Source: Myxococcota bacterium
Lineage (GTDB): Bacteria; Myxococcota; XYA12-FULL-58-9; JALHOP01
Length of the DNA stretch: 37,668 nucleotides
Assembly (NCBI GenBank): GCA_041288095.1
Contig: JBGGMJ010000100.1
Span: 1 to 37,668 of the forward strand
Direction: 5' to 3'
Below, in pieces: positions 25,289-34,748 of this stretch (positions are counted from its first letter, which is position 1; every line of letters starts with the position of its first letter). The translations under genes and the position numbers were made by a program. Under the pieces are notes generated by a model. That model had not been told where the DNA came from. It ran no database searches and saw nothing but the letters and a program-made list of their open reading frames with translations.

Positions 25289-27964
25289 ATGAGCGATAGT
25301 AAGAAAGACACCCCCCGAGAGCCCGAGGTCACCGCCAAGCCGACCTCGATGGTCCGGCTCGCCGATCAGCCGCCACCCGTCCTGCCGGTCATCGTGCTCG
25401 ACGACCTGGTGCCGTTCCCCGGTCCCGTCGTGCCCGTGGTGCTCGACGATCCCATGCGCCGCGATGCGGTGCTGCATGCCAAGTCGAACGCCGGGTTCTT
25501 CTTCTTGGTCAACCGCCGCCGCATCGGCGACGGCGCCCGCAACACGGTGCCTCAGGTCGTGCTGTCGGACACGCGCATGTCGAGCGACGGCCGCCCCGAG
25601 CTCACCACCGCCGACACGCAGCAGATGCTCGACGCCGCCGATGCCCTCGACGAGGACGTGACGCCGGAGATCGAGGAGGCTTCGCTCCCCAAGCGCGAGC
25701 CGGAGATCGCTCGCAAGCTGCGCGTTGGTGACCTCGCGCCGGTCGGCATCGTCGCGCGCGTGCTGCGTGTCTTCAAGCTGCCGGACGATCGCACCTCCGC
25801 GCTCGTGCACTTGATGAAGCGCGCGCAACCCGAGAGCATTCTGCGGACCGAGCCGTTCCCGATCTTGCGCGTCACCTATCCGATCGAGATCGTCGTCGCC
25901 GACGAGCAGTTCCAAGCTCTGTCGCGCCAGCTCAAGATCCAGCTGCAGGCCTTTTTCGAGGCGCACACCCAGGCGTCCGACGAGCTCAAGCAAGCGGTCT
26001 TGTCGATCGACGACGCAAGCTCGTTGACCGACTTCGTCGCCCAACATTTGGCGCGCGACATCGGCGAGCGCTTGCAGTTCCTTACGGAGCTCGATCTCAC
26101 CAAACGCCTGCACAAGGCGCTGGAAGTCACGGTGCGCGAGCTCGACTTGCTCAACGTCGGCAATCGCATCTCGCAGGAGATCCGCGAAAAGGTCGAGAAG
26201 ACGCAGCGCGAGTTCTTGCTACGCGAGCAGCTCAAGGCCATCCGCACCGAGCTCGGCGAGGAAAAAGACGTCGGGGTCGCCACCGTCGACGAGCTGCGCA
26301 AGAAGCTCGACGCCGCCGGCCTGTCCGCTGAAGCGAAAGCGCGCGCCGACGACGAGATGAAGCGGCTCGCGAGCATCCCGACCGAATCGCCCGAGCACAA
26401 CGTCGTCCGCTCTTACCTCGAGATCATCGCGGGGCTTCCCTGGTCGAAGATAAGCACCGACTCCCGCGACATCAGGCGGGCCCGCGAAATCCTCGACGAA
26501 GATCACTACGGGCTCCAAGAGGTGAAGGACCGCATCATCGAGTTCCTCGCGGTGCGCCAGCTCAAGCCCGACTCGCGTGGCACCATGCTGTGTTTCGCGG
26601 GCCCTCCAGGCGTCGGCAAGACTTCGCTAGGTCAGAGCATCGCGCGCTCTCTCGGCCGCCAGTTCTTTCGCTTCAGCGTCGGTGGCATGCGCGACGAAGC
26701 CGAGATCAAGGGTCACAGGCGCACGTACATCGGCGCCATGCCCGGCCGTATCCTGCAGGGGCTCAAGCAGGTCGCCACCAAGAACCCAGTCTTCATGCTC
26801 GACGAGATCGACAAGATGGGCCACGACTGGCGCGGCGACCCGTCGAGCGCCATGCTCGAGGTGCTCGATCCGGCGCAGAACGGCGCCTTCCTCGATCACT
26901 ATCTCGACCTGCCGTTCGATCTCTCGAGCGTCATGTTCATCGCCACCGCGAACGTGAAGAGCGAGATCCCTGGACCGTTGCTCGACCGCATGGAGGTGAT
27001 CGATCTCCCGGGCTACATCCCCACCGAAAAGCTCGAGATCGGCATGCGCTATCTCGTGCCGCGCCAGCGCAAGGACCACGGCATTCCGGCGCAGCAGCTG
27101 CGCATCGGCAAGAGCGCCGTCCAGCGCATCATCAGCGAATACACCTACGAAGCGGGCGTCCGCGAGCTCGAGCGCCAGATCGGCAAGATCTGCCGCAAGC
27201 GGGCCACGCAGATCGTCCAGAAGAAGAACAGCTCCGGCGTGTCCGTTTCAGCGGAGGACGTGCCCACCTGGCTGGGTCCGCCGAAGCTCCACGACGAGCG
27301 GCTTACCAAGGGACCCGTCCCAGGTGTCGTGCTCGGGCTCGCTTGGACGCAGACCGGCGGCGACGTGCTCTTCATCGAAGCCGCGATGATGGAAGGGAAG
27401 GGCACGGTCAGCGTTACCGGCCAGCTGGGCGAGGTGATGAACGAATCCGCGAGGCTCGCAGTTTCGTACGTGCGCAGTCACGCCAAAGAGCTCGGCATCG
27501 ACATCGAGCTCTTCAAGAAGCGCGACATCCACATCCACTTCCCGGCGGGCGCCGTGAAGAAAGACGGTCCGTCGGCGGGTATCACCGTGACCACCGCGGT
27601 GGTTTCGCTGCTCAGCGGCAGGACCATCCGGCCACGGCTGGCGATGACCGGCGAGATGACGCTGCGTGGAGAGGTGCTGCCGGTCGGCGGCATCCGCGAG
27701 AAGGTCGTGGCGGCGCGGCGCTTCGGCGTGCGCACCGTGGTGCTGCCGGAGCGCAACAAGGCCGACGTCGAGGAGATCCCGATCGAGGTCCGCGACAAGG
27801 TCGAGTACATCTACGCGTCGCGCTACGAGCAGGTGCTCGCGGCGGTGTTCGCGAAGGCACTGGGCCCGGCGGCGAAAAAAAGCGCGGCGGCGAAGAAAAA
27901 CCGTGCCATGCCCCGTACGCTAAAGCGTTCCTCCACGCGAGCCGAGGGGCGGCGCAGAAGGTGA
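25289..27964 (+). CDS. lon: ATP-dependent protease La (Lon)
   Basis: LDEDHYGL, Walker [22 protein letters not shown], Walker B MLDEIDK, catalytic KDGPSAG and GGIREK. Confidence 0.98.
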   Translation: MSDSKKDTPREPEVTAKPTSMVRLADQPPPVLPVIVLDDLVPFPGPVVPVVLDDPMRRDAVLHAKSNAGFFFLVNRRRIGDGARNTVPQVVLSDTRMSSDGRPELTTADTQQMLDAADALDEDVTPEIEEASLPKREPEIARKLRVGDLAPVGIVARVLRVFKLPDDRTSALVHLMKRAQPESILRTEPFPILRVTYPIEIVVADEQFQALSRQLKIQLQAFFEAHTQASDELKQAVLSIDDASSLTDFVAQHLARDIGERLQFLTELDLTKRLHKALEVTVRELDLLNVGNRISQEIREKVEKTQREFLLREQLKAIRTELGEEKDVGVATVDELRKKLDAAGLSAEAKARADDEMKRLASIPTESPEHNVVRSYLEIIAGLPWSKISTDSRDIRRAREILDEDHYGLQEVKDRIIEFLAVRQLKPDSRGTMLCFAGPPGVGKTSLGQSIARSLGRQFFRFSVGGMRDEAEIKGHRRTYIGAMPGRILQGLKQVATKNPVFMLDEIDKMGHDWRGDPSSAMLEVLDPAQNGAFLDHYLDLPFDLSSVMFIATANVKSEIPGPLLDRMEVIDLPGYIPTEKLEIGMRYLVPRQRKDHGIPAQQLRIGKSAVQRIISEYTYEAGVRELERQIGKICRKRATQIVQKKNSSGVSVSAEDVPTWLGPPKLHDERLTKGPVPGVVLGLAWTQTGGDVLFIEAAMMEGKGTVSVTGQLGEVMNESARLAVSYVRSHAKELGIDIELFKKRDIHIHFPAGAVKKDGPSAGITVTTAVVSLLSGRTIRPRLAMTGEMTLRGEVLPVGGIREKVVAARRFGVRTVVLPERNKADVEEIPIEVRDKVEYIYASRYEQVLAAVFAKALGPAAKKSAAAKKNRAMPRTLKRSSTRAEGRRRR

Positions 27965-27965
27965 C

Positions 27966-29249
27966 ATGAGCGAGATCCTCCACGCCGTCAAAGGCATGAA
28001 CGACGTGCTCCCCGAATCGAGCGAGTCGTTCCTCTCCACCGCCGTCTGGGACAAGGTGATTGATACCGCCCGCCGTGTCATCGAGGGCTACGGCTACCGT
28101 CAGGTACTCATCCCCATCGTCGAGGAGACGGCGCTTTTCGCGCGCGGCATCGGCGAGGGCACCGACATCGTTTCGAAGGAGATGTACACGTTCAGCGATC
28201 GCGGCGAGCGGTCGCTCACCCTGCGCCCCGAGGGCACCGCCGGCTGCGTGCGCGCGTTCATCGAGCACGGTTTCGCCAAGACCGACCCGGTGCAGAAGTG
28301 GTGGTACGTCGGCCCGATGTTCCGCGCCGAGCGCCCTCAGAAAGGGCGGTACCGGCAGTTCTATCAAATCGGCGCCGAGCTCTATGGCTCCGCGGACCCC
28401 GCCGCCGACGCGGAGATCATCGTCATGATGTGGCGCATCTGTCAGGCGCTCGGCATCCAGGGGGTGACGCCGCGGGTGAACACGCTCGGCGACACCGAGA
28501 GTCGCGACCGCTATCGCGAAGTGCTGCGCGGCTACATGCGCGCCAACAGTGACAAGCTCTGCGACGCGTGCAAGGCGCGCATCGACACCAACCCGCTGCG
28601 CTTCCTCGACTGCAAGAATCCGTCGTGCAAGGAGCTCGCTCGCAAGGCCCCCGACATCATGGAGTCGCTCTCGGCCAAGTCGCGCGAGCACTTCGAGAAA
28701 GTCACCACCTATCTCCGCGATTGCGGACTCGAGTACGTGCGTGATCCCGCCCTGGTCCGCGGCCTCGACTACTACAGCGAGACCACCTTCGAGCTGACGA
28801 CGAGCGCATTGGGTGCCCAGGATGCTGTGGGTGGAGGTGGGCGATACGACGGTCTCATCGAGGAGCTCGGCGGCGCACCCACATCGGCGATCGGTTTCGC
28901 CATGGGGGTCGAGCGCCTGGCGTTGTTGGTGACGGCGACTCAGCAAGTGGCGTCAGGGCCGCACCTGTTCATCGCGCCGATGGCCGGCGCCGAGTCGTTC
29001 GCGCTCCAGCTCGCGGATGCGGTGCGGGGAGGTGGACCGTACCGGGTGGAGGTCGACGTCACCGGTCGCAAGCTCAAGGGGCAGATGCGCCGCGCCGACA
29101 AAGTGGGTGCACGTTTCGCCCTGGTCCTGGGGGAAGACGAGATCGCGCGCCGCCATGGGAATCTGAAGGACCTCAGGGTATCCTCCAGCAGTGATGTCGC
29201 GTTGACCGGTGACGCGATCTGCGCTGCACTGGCGAAGCTCATCGCTTGA
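27966..29249 (+). CDS. hisS: Histidine--tRNA ligase
   Basis: KGMND, TDIVSKEMYTF, LRPEGTA, FRAERPQKGRYRQFYQ, LVRGLDYY, GGGRYDGL and GFAMGVERL. Confidence 0.98.
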   Translation: MSEILHAVKGMNDVLPESSESFLSTAVWDKVIDTARRVIEGYGYRQVLIPIVEETALFARGIGEGTDIVSKEMYTFSDRGERSLTLRPEGTAGCVRAFIEHGFAKTDPVQKWWYVGPMFRAERPQKGRYRQFYQIGAELYGSADPAADAEIIVMMWRICQALGIQGVTPRVNTLGDTESRDRYREVLRGYMRANSDKLCDACKARIDTNPLRFLDCKNPSCKELARKAPDIMESLSAKSREHFEKVTTYLRDCGLEYVRDPALVRGLDYYSETTFELTTSALGAQDAVGGGGRYDGLIEELGGAPTSAIGFAMGVERLALLVTATQQVASGPHLFIAPMAGAESFALQLADAVRGGGPYRVEVDVTGRKLKGQMRRADKVGARFALVLGEDEIARRHGNLKDLRVSSSSDVALTGDAICAALAKLIA

Positions 29250-29265
29250 TCCCGTAAAGGTGCCC

Positions 29266-30171
29266 ATGATCTCCCCCTCCCGTCTCCTGGTTCTCGCGTG
29301 TGCCCTCACCATGGTGCCGGCATACGCCGCCGCCGCCCCCAAGCCGACCAAGGCTGCCGGTAAGGACTCGGCCGCTAAAGCGGACGCGGCCAAGGCAGCC
29401 GAGAAGGCGCCCGAGACTCCCCCGCCCGCGCCCGCCCCGGAGCAGCCGGTGCTCTCGACCGCGGGCTCTCGCGAGAAGTTCGATGTCGGTGAAGCCGCGC
29501 CGACCTTCGCGCTGCGCGCCGTGAACCCCGAGGTCATCGGCGAGAATCTCGTCGCCGTCGATCGCTACTTCGGCGCCGACGCCAAGCAGCCCAAGAAAGC
29601 GGTCTTGATTTCGTTCTTCGCGACCTGGTGCGAGCCCTGCAAAAAGGAGATGCCGTTCCTTGCGGCGCTCTACGACACCTACAAGGACAAGGGTGTGATG
29701 GTCCTCTCGGTGTCCATCGACCGCGAAGCCGAGCAGATCGATGTCATCAAGTCGCTCGCGACCAACGCCAACGCGAAATATCCGGTGCTCTCCGACCGGT
29801 TCAACATCGTGGCCAAGCGTTACATGGTGGCGAAGCTGCCGCTGGTCTACGTCATGAGCCCGGACGGCAAGGTCGCGTTCTCGCGTGTCGGCTTCACCGA
29901 GGACACGCCGCGCGCGCTGGCCGACGAAGTCCGCAAGCTCATCGGCGAATCGGGTGCTCCGATGCCCGACACGCTGACGCGCTTCCTGGGCGGCGTGCCC
30001 GCGGTGGCGGACGCGGGTAAGACGGACCCGACCGTGGCGACCGCTACCGTGAACAAAACGACGACCGTGTCGGGCTCGACCACCACGGCGAACGACCCAG
30101 TGAAAACCGATGGCAGCGATGGCGCAACCAAGGGCAAGAAGACCAAGGCGAAGAAGGGGAAGCGCAAGTAG
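29266..30171 (+). CDS. TlpA/ResA-like thioredoxin-fold disulfide reductase (exported)
   Basis: Signal peptide, then VLISFFATWCEPCKKEMPFL, LPLVYV..PDGKV; low-complexity Lys-rich tail. Confidence 0.92.
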   Translation: MISPSRLLVLACALTMVPAYAAAAPKPTKAAGKDSAAKADAAKAAEKAPETPPPAPAPEQPVLSTAGSREKFDVGEAAPTFALRAVNPEVIGENLVAVDRYFGADAKQPKKAVLISFFATWCEPCKKEMPFLAALYDTYKDKGVMVLSVSIDREAEQIDVIKSLATNANAKYPVLSDRFNIVAKRYMVAKLPLVYVMSPDGKVAFSRVGFTEDTPRALADEVRKLIGESGAPMPDTLTRFLGGVPAVADAGKTDPTVATATVNKTTTVSGSTTTANDPVKTDGSDGATKGKKTKAKKGKRK

Positions 30172-31492
30172 CTTCCTCGTCGCGGGCGTAGCGACGATCG
30201 GTGCCTTGGCGTTGACGCGTGTTGCCCACGCGGCGGATACGAGTGTGCCTATCGCCGAGCGCATCGCGGCCTTGCTCGGCGACTTGCTCTCCGGCGAAAA
30301 GAGTGGGCTCGCTATAGCGGTCGCATGGGTCGGCGGCGTGCTCACCGCGTTCACGCCCTGCGTTTACCCGCTCTACCCGATCACCGTCCGCTACTTCGCG
30401 GGCGGCAAACCAGAACAGAGCTCGACCGGCAAGGTCGTGAGCTACGCCGCGGTCTACGTGCTCGGTATGACCTTGTTGTACGCCGCGTTGGGCACCTCGT
30501 TCGCGGCACTCGGCGTGGTCTTTGGCCGGGCTCTCGGCTCGCCGTGGGTGACCGGCACCATGGCGCTGGTGTCGTTCGCCATGGCGGTCTCACTCCTCGG
30601 CGCCTTCAACATTCAGCTGCCGTCGTCGGTAGCGAGCAAGCTCGGGCTTTTGGGGAGCCGCACCTATCACGGCGCGCTCGCCATGGGGCTCGTCTCGGGC
30701 CTCATTGCGGCGCCGTGCACGGGCCCGGTGCTCGCGGTCATCCTCACGCTGATCGCCAAGAACGGCGCCATCGGCTTCGGCTTCGCGCTCATGGTCGCGT
30801 TTGGCTTCGGCGTCGGTACGCCGCTCTTGGTCATTGCCGCTTCGGCGCATCACCTCTCTCGCTTGCCGAAGAGCGGCCCGTGGATGACCGCGATCAAAGC
30901 GGCGCTCGCGAGCGCCATGATTCTGGTCGCGGCGTATTTCGGCGCGCTCGCTTCGAGGGACGTGGCTCACGTGCTCGCCATGTTGCCCGCGTGGAGCGGC
31001 CAGGTCGCTGGTGGCTTGGGCATCGTGCTCTTCGTGCTGCTCGTCATGCGCAAGATCCCGGAGTCGGCGGGGCAGGTGGGGGCCGTCGCTGGCCTCTCGC
31101 TCGGCTTGATCACCGCGGCGCTCGGTGGCGGGCACGCCGCGACCGCCATCGTCTGGACGAGCTCGCACGAGGACGCCATCAGCCGCGCGCGCGAGGGCGG
31201 CAAAGCAGTGATGATCGACTTCACCGCCGAGTGGTGCACCGGTTGCAAGGAGCTCGACGCCCAGACGTTCCCGGATCCGCGGATTGCCGCCGAGGCCGAG
31301 CGCTTCGTCGCCGCCAAGCTCGATGCAACGGAGCCCGATGCCGCCATGAACGATCTCTTCGCCCGCTACGGCATCCTGGGCCTGCCGACCGTCATCTTCA
31401 TCGACTCGACCGGCAAGGTGCTCGAAACGCCGCGTGTGACCGGGTTTACGCCCCCGGATCGCTTCCTTGCCCTCATGCAGCAGGTGCGCTGA
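30110..31492 (+). CDS. dsbD: DsbD/CcdA-type thiol:disulfide interchange membrane protein with C-terminal thioredoxin
   Basis: GVLTAFTPCVYPLYPIT, AAPCTGP, LPKSGPWM, DFTAEWCTGCK and GILGLPT. Start uncertain (overlaps the upstream gene end), and no obvious DsbD-alpha domain. Confidence 0.9.
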   Translation: MAAMAQPRARRPRRRRGSASSFLVAGVATIGALALTRVAHAADTSVPIAERIAALLGDLLSGEKSGLAIAVAWVGGVLTAFTPCVYPLYPITVRYFAGGKPEQSSTGKVVSYAAVYVLGMTLLYAALGTSFAALGVVFGRALGSPWVTGTMALVSFAMAVSLLGAFNIQLPSSVASKLGLLGSRTYHGALAMGLVSGLIAAPCTGPVLAVILTLIAKNGAIGFGFALMVAFGFGVGTPLLVIAASAHHLSRLPKSGPWMTAIKAALASAMILVAAYFGALASRDVAHVLAMLPAWSGQVAGGLGIVLFVLLVMRKIPESAGQVGAVAGLSLGLITAALGGGHAATAIVWTSSHEDAISRAREGGKAVMIDFTAEWCTGCKELDAQTFPDPRIAAEAERFVAAKLDATEPDAAMNDLFARYGILGLPTVIFIDSTGKVLETPRVTGFTPPDRFLALMQQVR

Positions 31493-31594
31493 CGCATTGC
31501 GCCAGGTGTCGGCTGCCCCCGGTACAGGCCTAAGGTCGCGTAGGCGCTAGCAACTTGGTCTTCTGGCTGCCGACAAGATCGAACCGGCACACTG

Positions 31595-33022
31595 ATGACC
31601 TTTTCACCCACGCCAGCTGTCCAGCTGCGGACGGATAGGCCTACCCTCATTTCGGGGCCTGGGCCGGGATCCGTCGTGCGGCAGCACACGCTGCAGCCGG
31701 ACGAGACCTTGCGTCAGGTCGCGCAGCGCTATGGCGTCAGTGGGGCCGCGCTCCTGGCCGCGAACCCGCAGCTCGATTTCCAGAACGGGCTCTATGCGGG
31801 CATCACCATCAACATCCCGGCGCCAACCATCGCGCCGGTACCGGCGACGCGTCTGTCGCCGCGCTCGTTCGACGTTCCCGAATCCGCTTACGCTCCGAAC
31901 CCCGGGGTGCCGGCCGCGCCCGGGGCTTTGGCCCCTCCGGCCGCGCCTGGAGTGCAGCTCGGTCGCAGCCCACCGCGCACCTTCTTCGGCGATCCCAACA
32001 CCCGGGCGTTGCCACCGCAGCCCATGACCTGGCCACACCCCGAGCGACCGCTGCAGCTCGGCGCGCGCAATCCCGAGGTCGAGATCATCCAGCGCGCCTT
32101 GTGCCGCATCGGTTACGTGCTCCGTGTCGACGGCGAGTTTGGCGGCGCGACCGACGCGGCGATTCGTCACTTCCAGCAGCTCATGGGCCTTCCGGCCAAC
32201 GGGACGATGACGCCGCAGACCTGGTCGCGCTTGCGCAGCGCCATGGAAGCGATCCGCCAGCCGCAGCAAGTGCTGGTGAGCGCGAGCCGCGACGCGTTTA
32301 CGACCACGGACGAACGTAACGCCTACGACATCTTGCTCGCGCTTGCCTACGACGAACCCGGCAGCAACCAATCGTCCGACATGGGCATGCGCGAGCTCCT
32401 GCGCGTCATGCGTATCCAGGTCGGCACTCCGGTGAACATCACGCCCGAGCTGGTCACCGCGTTCGCGCGGCGGGCCATCGAGGTCGGCCTGCCACTGAAC
32501 GCGCAGGCCCTCGCGCCGCTCGACCCGATGCGCCTCGACACCTCGAGCGACCGCTTGAACTACAATCAGGCGCGCGCCGTGAGCGAGCTGTTCATCCGCA
32601 TGCTGCGCGGCTCACGCATCAACGACACCACCTACGACCGGCTCATCATCAGATACGCGCGCCAGTACAACCTGGAGCCGGAGCTGGTGAAGGCCTTCAT
32701 GGCCATCGAGTCGGACTTCAGTCCGAATCTGACCTCGAGCGCCGGCGCTCGGGGGCTCATGCAGGTCATGCCCGACACCGCGTCCTTCGTTGGCATGACG
32801 AGCACCACTGATCCCGAGCAGAACATCCATGCCGGCGTTCGCTACCTCGCCTATCTCTCGGAGCGCTTCGGAGGCGACCTCGTCTACATGGCCGCGGGTT
32901 ACAACTCGGGACCGAACCGCGTGGCGCGCAATGGTGGCGTGCCGCCCATCCAGGAAACCTACGACTACGTGCGACGATTCTTGGCGCACTATTCCTACTA
33001 TCGGCAACGCCCGGTGCGATGA
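31595..33022 (+). CDS. LysM + peptidoglycan-binding + lytic transglycosylase (SLT) protein
   Basis: LysM HTLQPDETLRQVAQRYGVS..LLAANP..I.IP; PG_binding_1 VEIIQRAL..IGY..VDGEFGGATDAAIRHFQ..MGL; SLT IESDF..SSAGARGLMQVMP..YNSGP..ETYDYV. Confidence 0.93.
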   Translation: MTFSPTPAVQLRTDRPTLISGPGPGSVVRQHTLQPDETLRQVAQRYGVSGAALLAANPQLDFQNGLYAGITINIPAPTIAPVPATRLSPRSFDVPESAYAPNPGVPAAPGALAPPAAPGVQLGRSPPRTFFGDPNTRALPPQPMTWPHPERPLQLGARNPEVEIIQRALCRIGYVLRVDGEFGGATDAAIRHFQQLMGLPANGTMTPQTWSRLRSAMEAIRQPQQVLVSASRDAFTTTDERNAYDILLALAYDEPGSNQSSDMGMRELLRVMRIQVGTPVNITPELVTAFARRAIEVGLPLNAQALAPLDPMRLDTSSDRLNYNQARAVSELFIRMLRGSRINDTTYDRLIIRYARQYNLEPELVKAFMAIESDFSPNLTSSAGARGLMQVMPDTASFVGMTSTTDPEQNIHAGVRYLAYLSERFGGDLVYMAAGYNSGPNRVARNGGVPPIQETYDYVRRFLAHYSYYRQRPVR

Positions 33023-33023
33023 G

Positions 33024-33093
33024 CCCGCGCCGGTTCTTTGACTGACGATTGGCTTTTTGCCTTCGGTCCGTTTTCGCGGTCAAAGCGCGCGGG
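33024..33093 (+). other. Long imperfect intergenic hairpin
   Basis: cccgcgc (33024-30) pairs with gcgcggg (33087-93); ctttgactg (33036-44) pairs with cggtcaaag (33077-85); inner ggc-ttttt-gcc. Confidence 0.5.
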
Positions 33094-33158
33094 AAAATTG
33101 CGGAGTCACCGACCTCGTTGTTGAATAGGCCTACACAGCACCACAGCGAGGGAGTCGA

Positions 33159-33332
33159 ATGGCCAAGTCGTCGAGCTTCACCACCTATCAGCAGTTCCAC
33201 AACGAGATGCTCCGCACCAAGGCGGGCCCGTTGGTTTCGGCGGTCGAGGATATGGCCGACGAGATGTTCCAGCTCGACTTCGAGGCCGAGTTCGAGAGCA
33301 TGTGGGATAGCGCCGACGGGGATGACGACTAG
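33159..33332 (+). CDS. Small acidic 57-aa protein (absent from ORF track)
   Basis: GAGGGAG SD, then ATG 33159: MAKSSSFTTYQQFHNEMLRTKAGPLVSAVEDMADEMFQLDFEAEFESMWDSADGDDD*. Strong GC3 bias. Confidence 0.8.
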   Translation: MAKSSSFTTYQQFHNEMLRTKAGPLVSAVEDMADEMFQLDFEAEFESMWDSADGDDD

Positions 33333-33371
33333 GTTTCGGCCGGTCTGGCTTGTGATATACCCAGAGCACCC

Positions 33372-34253
33372 ATGACAGACATCTGGAGCGGCGTCAGCGT
33401 CAACCTGAGCTCGACGTCGAGTGGCGGTGAGTGGCTATACCGGGTCGGCCAAGAGGTTCGCGGGCCGGTCGCTTTCGAATCGGTGGTAAGCAAGCTGCTC
33501 GGCGGCGAGCTTACTCCCAAAACCCAGGTGGCCCGCGAGGGCGGTGACTGGCACCCCATCGCGCAAGTCGCGGCGTTCGAGCCGCACGTGCTCATCTATC
33601 AGAAGCAAGCGAGCAAGAAGGCTCGCAAGGTCGCCCGCACCATCGCCCTCATCTTGGGCGTCATCGTCCTCATCGCGGCGGGCATCGCCGGCTACTGGCT
33701 TTGGATCGAAAACGAGCACAAGAAGGTGCTCGCCGAAGTGGGGCGCCTGCGCTCGGAGACCGACCTCGAACGCCAGCGCCGCATCCTCGAGTCCGGCTCG
33801 AAGATGGGTCTCGTCGCGCTGGTGTCTCTCGGCACCGAGTCCGACGTCAAAATCAAAGGCGCCGCCAAGAAGCCAGGCACCACGAGCACCAAGCACAAGG
33901 GCACCACGAGCGGCACGCCGGGTACCTCCTCGGGGCCGAGCGAAGATGAAATGGTGCTCTCGTGCAAGCTGTCGCAGAACGACATCTTCGGCACGCTCAA
34001 GAAGCACCTCGCGAAGATCAACGTGTGCGTCGAGGACGAAAAGGGCCGCGATGCGGCGAATCTACCGTCGCAGCTCGAGCTCGAGTTCGTCGTGAAGCCA
34101 ACGGGTAAGGTCGTCGACTTCCACATCAACGACCGCCACTACCGCACCGGTCCGATGAACAACTGCATGATCAAGGCGTTCAACACGATCAGCTTCCCGG
34201 AGACCGACGGCACCACGTGCCCGGTCACGATTCCGATCAAGATCGGCGGGTAG
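33372..34253 (+). CDS. GYF_2 (DUF4339) + TM + AgmX/PglI-like (TonB_C-like) C-terminal domain protein
   Basis: WLYRVGQEVRGPV....L..GELTPKTQVAREGGDWHPI (GYF_2); single TM; C-terminal I...L..INVC...LEFVVKPTGKV...NCM......FP...VTIPI. Confidence 0.82.
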   Translation: MTDIWSGVSVNLSSTSSGGEWLYRVGQEVRGPVAFESVVSKLLGGELTPKTQVAREGGDWHPIAQVAAFEPHVLIYQKQASKKARKVARTIALILGVIVLIAAGIAGYWLWIENEHKKVLAEVGRLRSETDLERQRRILESGSKMGLVALVSLGTESDVKIKGAAKKPGTTSTKHKGTTSGTPGTSSGPSEDEMVLSCKLSQNDIFGTLKKHLAKINVCVEDEKGRDAANLPSQLELEFVVKPTGKVVDFHINDRHYRTGPMNNCMIKAFNTISFPETDGTTCPVTIPIKIGG

Positions 34254-34544
34254 TTAGCGCTTGCGGCTATCGACCTCGAGTACCAGGTCGCCATCGCGGA
34301 CATAACCGAGCTCGTCGCGAATCACCCGTTCCTGCACGTCCGGACGACTGCGCATCGCCGCGACTTCGGCGCGTAGTTGCTGGACGTGCTGTTCGCGCGC
34401 GGCGTTGGTCTCGGTGAGCTGCACGAGGTCGGCGCGTACACGTGCGCGTTTTCGCCAGCCGTCGGACGACAAGAGCGTGTGCGCGATGAGGAAGAACGCG
34501 AACAGCAGGAGCCCCGCGGCGATCAGCAGACGGCGAGCGGTCAT
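34254..34544 (-). CDS. ftsB: Septum formation initiator FtsB/DivIC family
   Basis: TM helix, DGW, coiled coil, then ERVIRDELGYVRDGDLV. Confidence 0.85.
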   Translation of the reverse strand: MTARRLLIAAGLLLFAFFLIAHTLLSSDGWRKRARVRADLVQLTETNAAREQHVQQLRAEVAAMRSRPDVQERVIRDELGYVRDGDLVLEVDSRKR

Positions 34545-34554
34545 GGCCGCGAAG

Positions 34555-34746
34555 TTACCGATTGGCGCGCGACCCGGCAAGGAAAGGACGATCTTTGCGG
34601 CCAATCTGCACGAGGTCGCTCTGGGGAGGGCCGCAGGCGCCGCACGCTTTGGCGCACGCTTTTCCGCGCTGATAGACGTGGCGGACGAGCGCGGCGGCGA
34701 GGGCAAGGGCCACGCCCACGATCGTCATGTCGAGCCACGTTGCCAT
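34555..34746 (-). CDS. FeoB-associated Cys-rich small membrane protein
   Basis: MATWLDMTIVGVALALAAALVRHVYQRGKACAKACGACG: TM plus CxxxCxxC, starting 2 bp after the feoB stop. Confidence 0.8.
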   Translation of the reverse strand: MATWLDMTIVGVALALAAALVRHVYQRGKACAKACGACGPPQSDLVQIGRKDRPFLAGSRANR

Positions 34747-34748
34747 GG

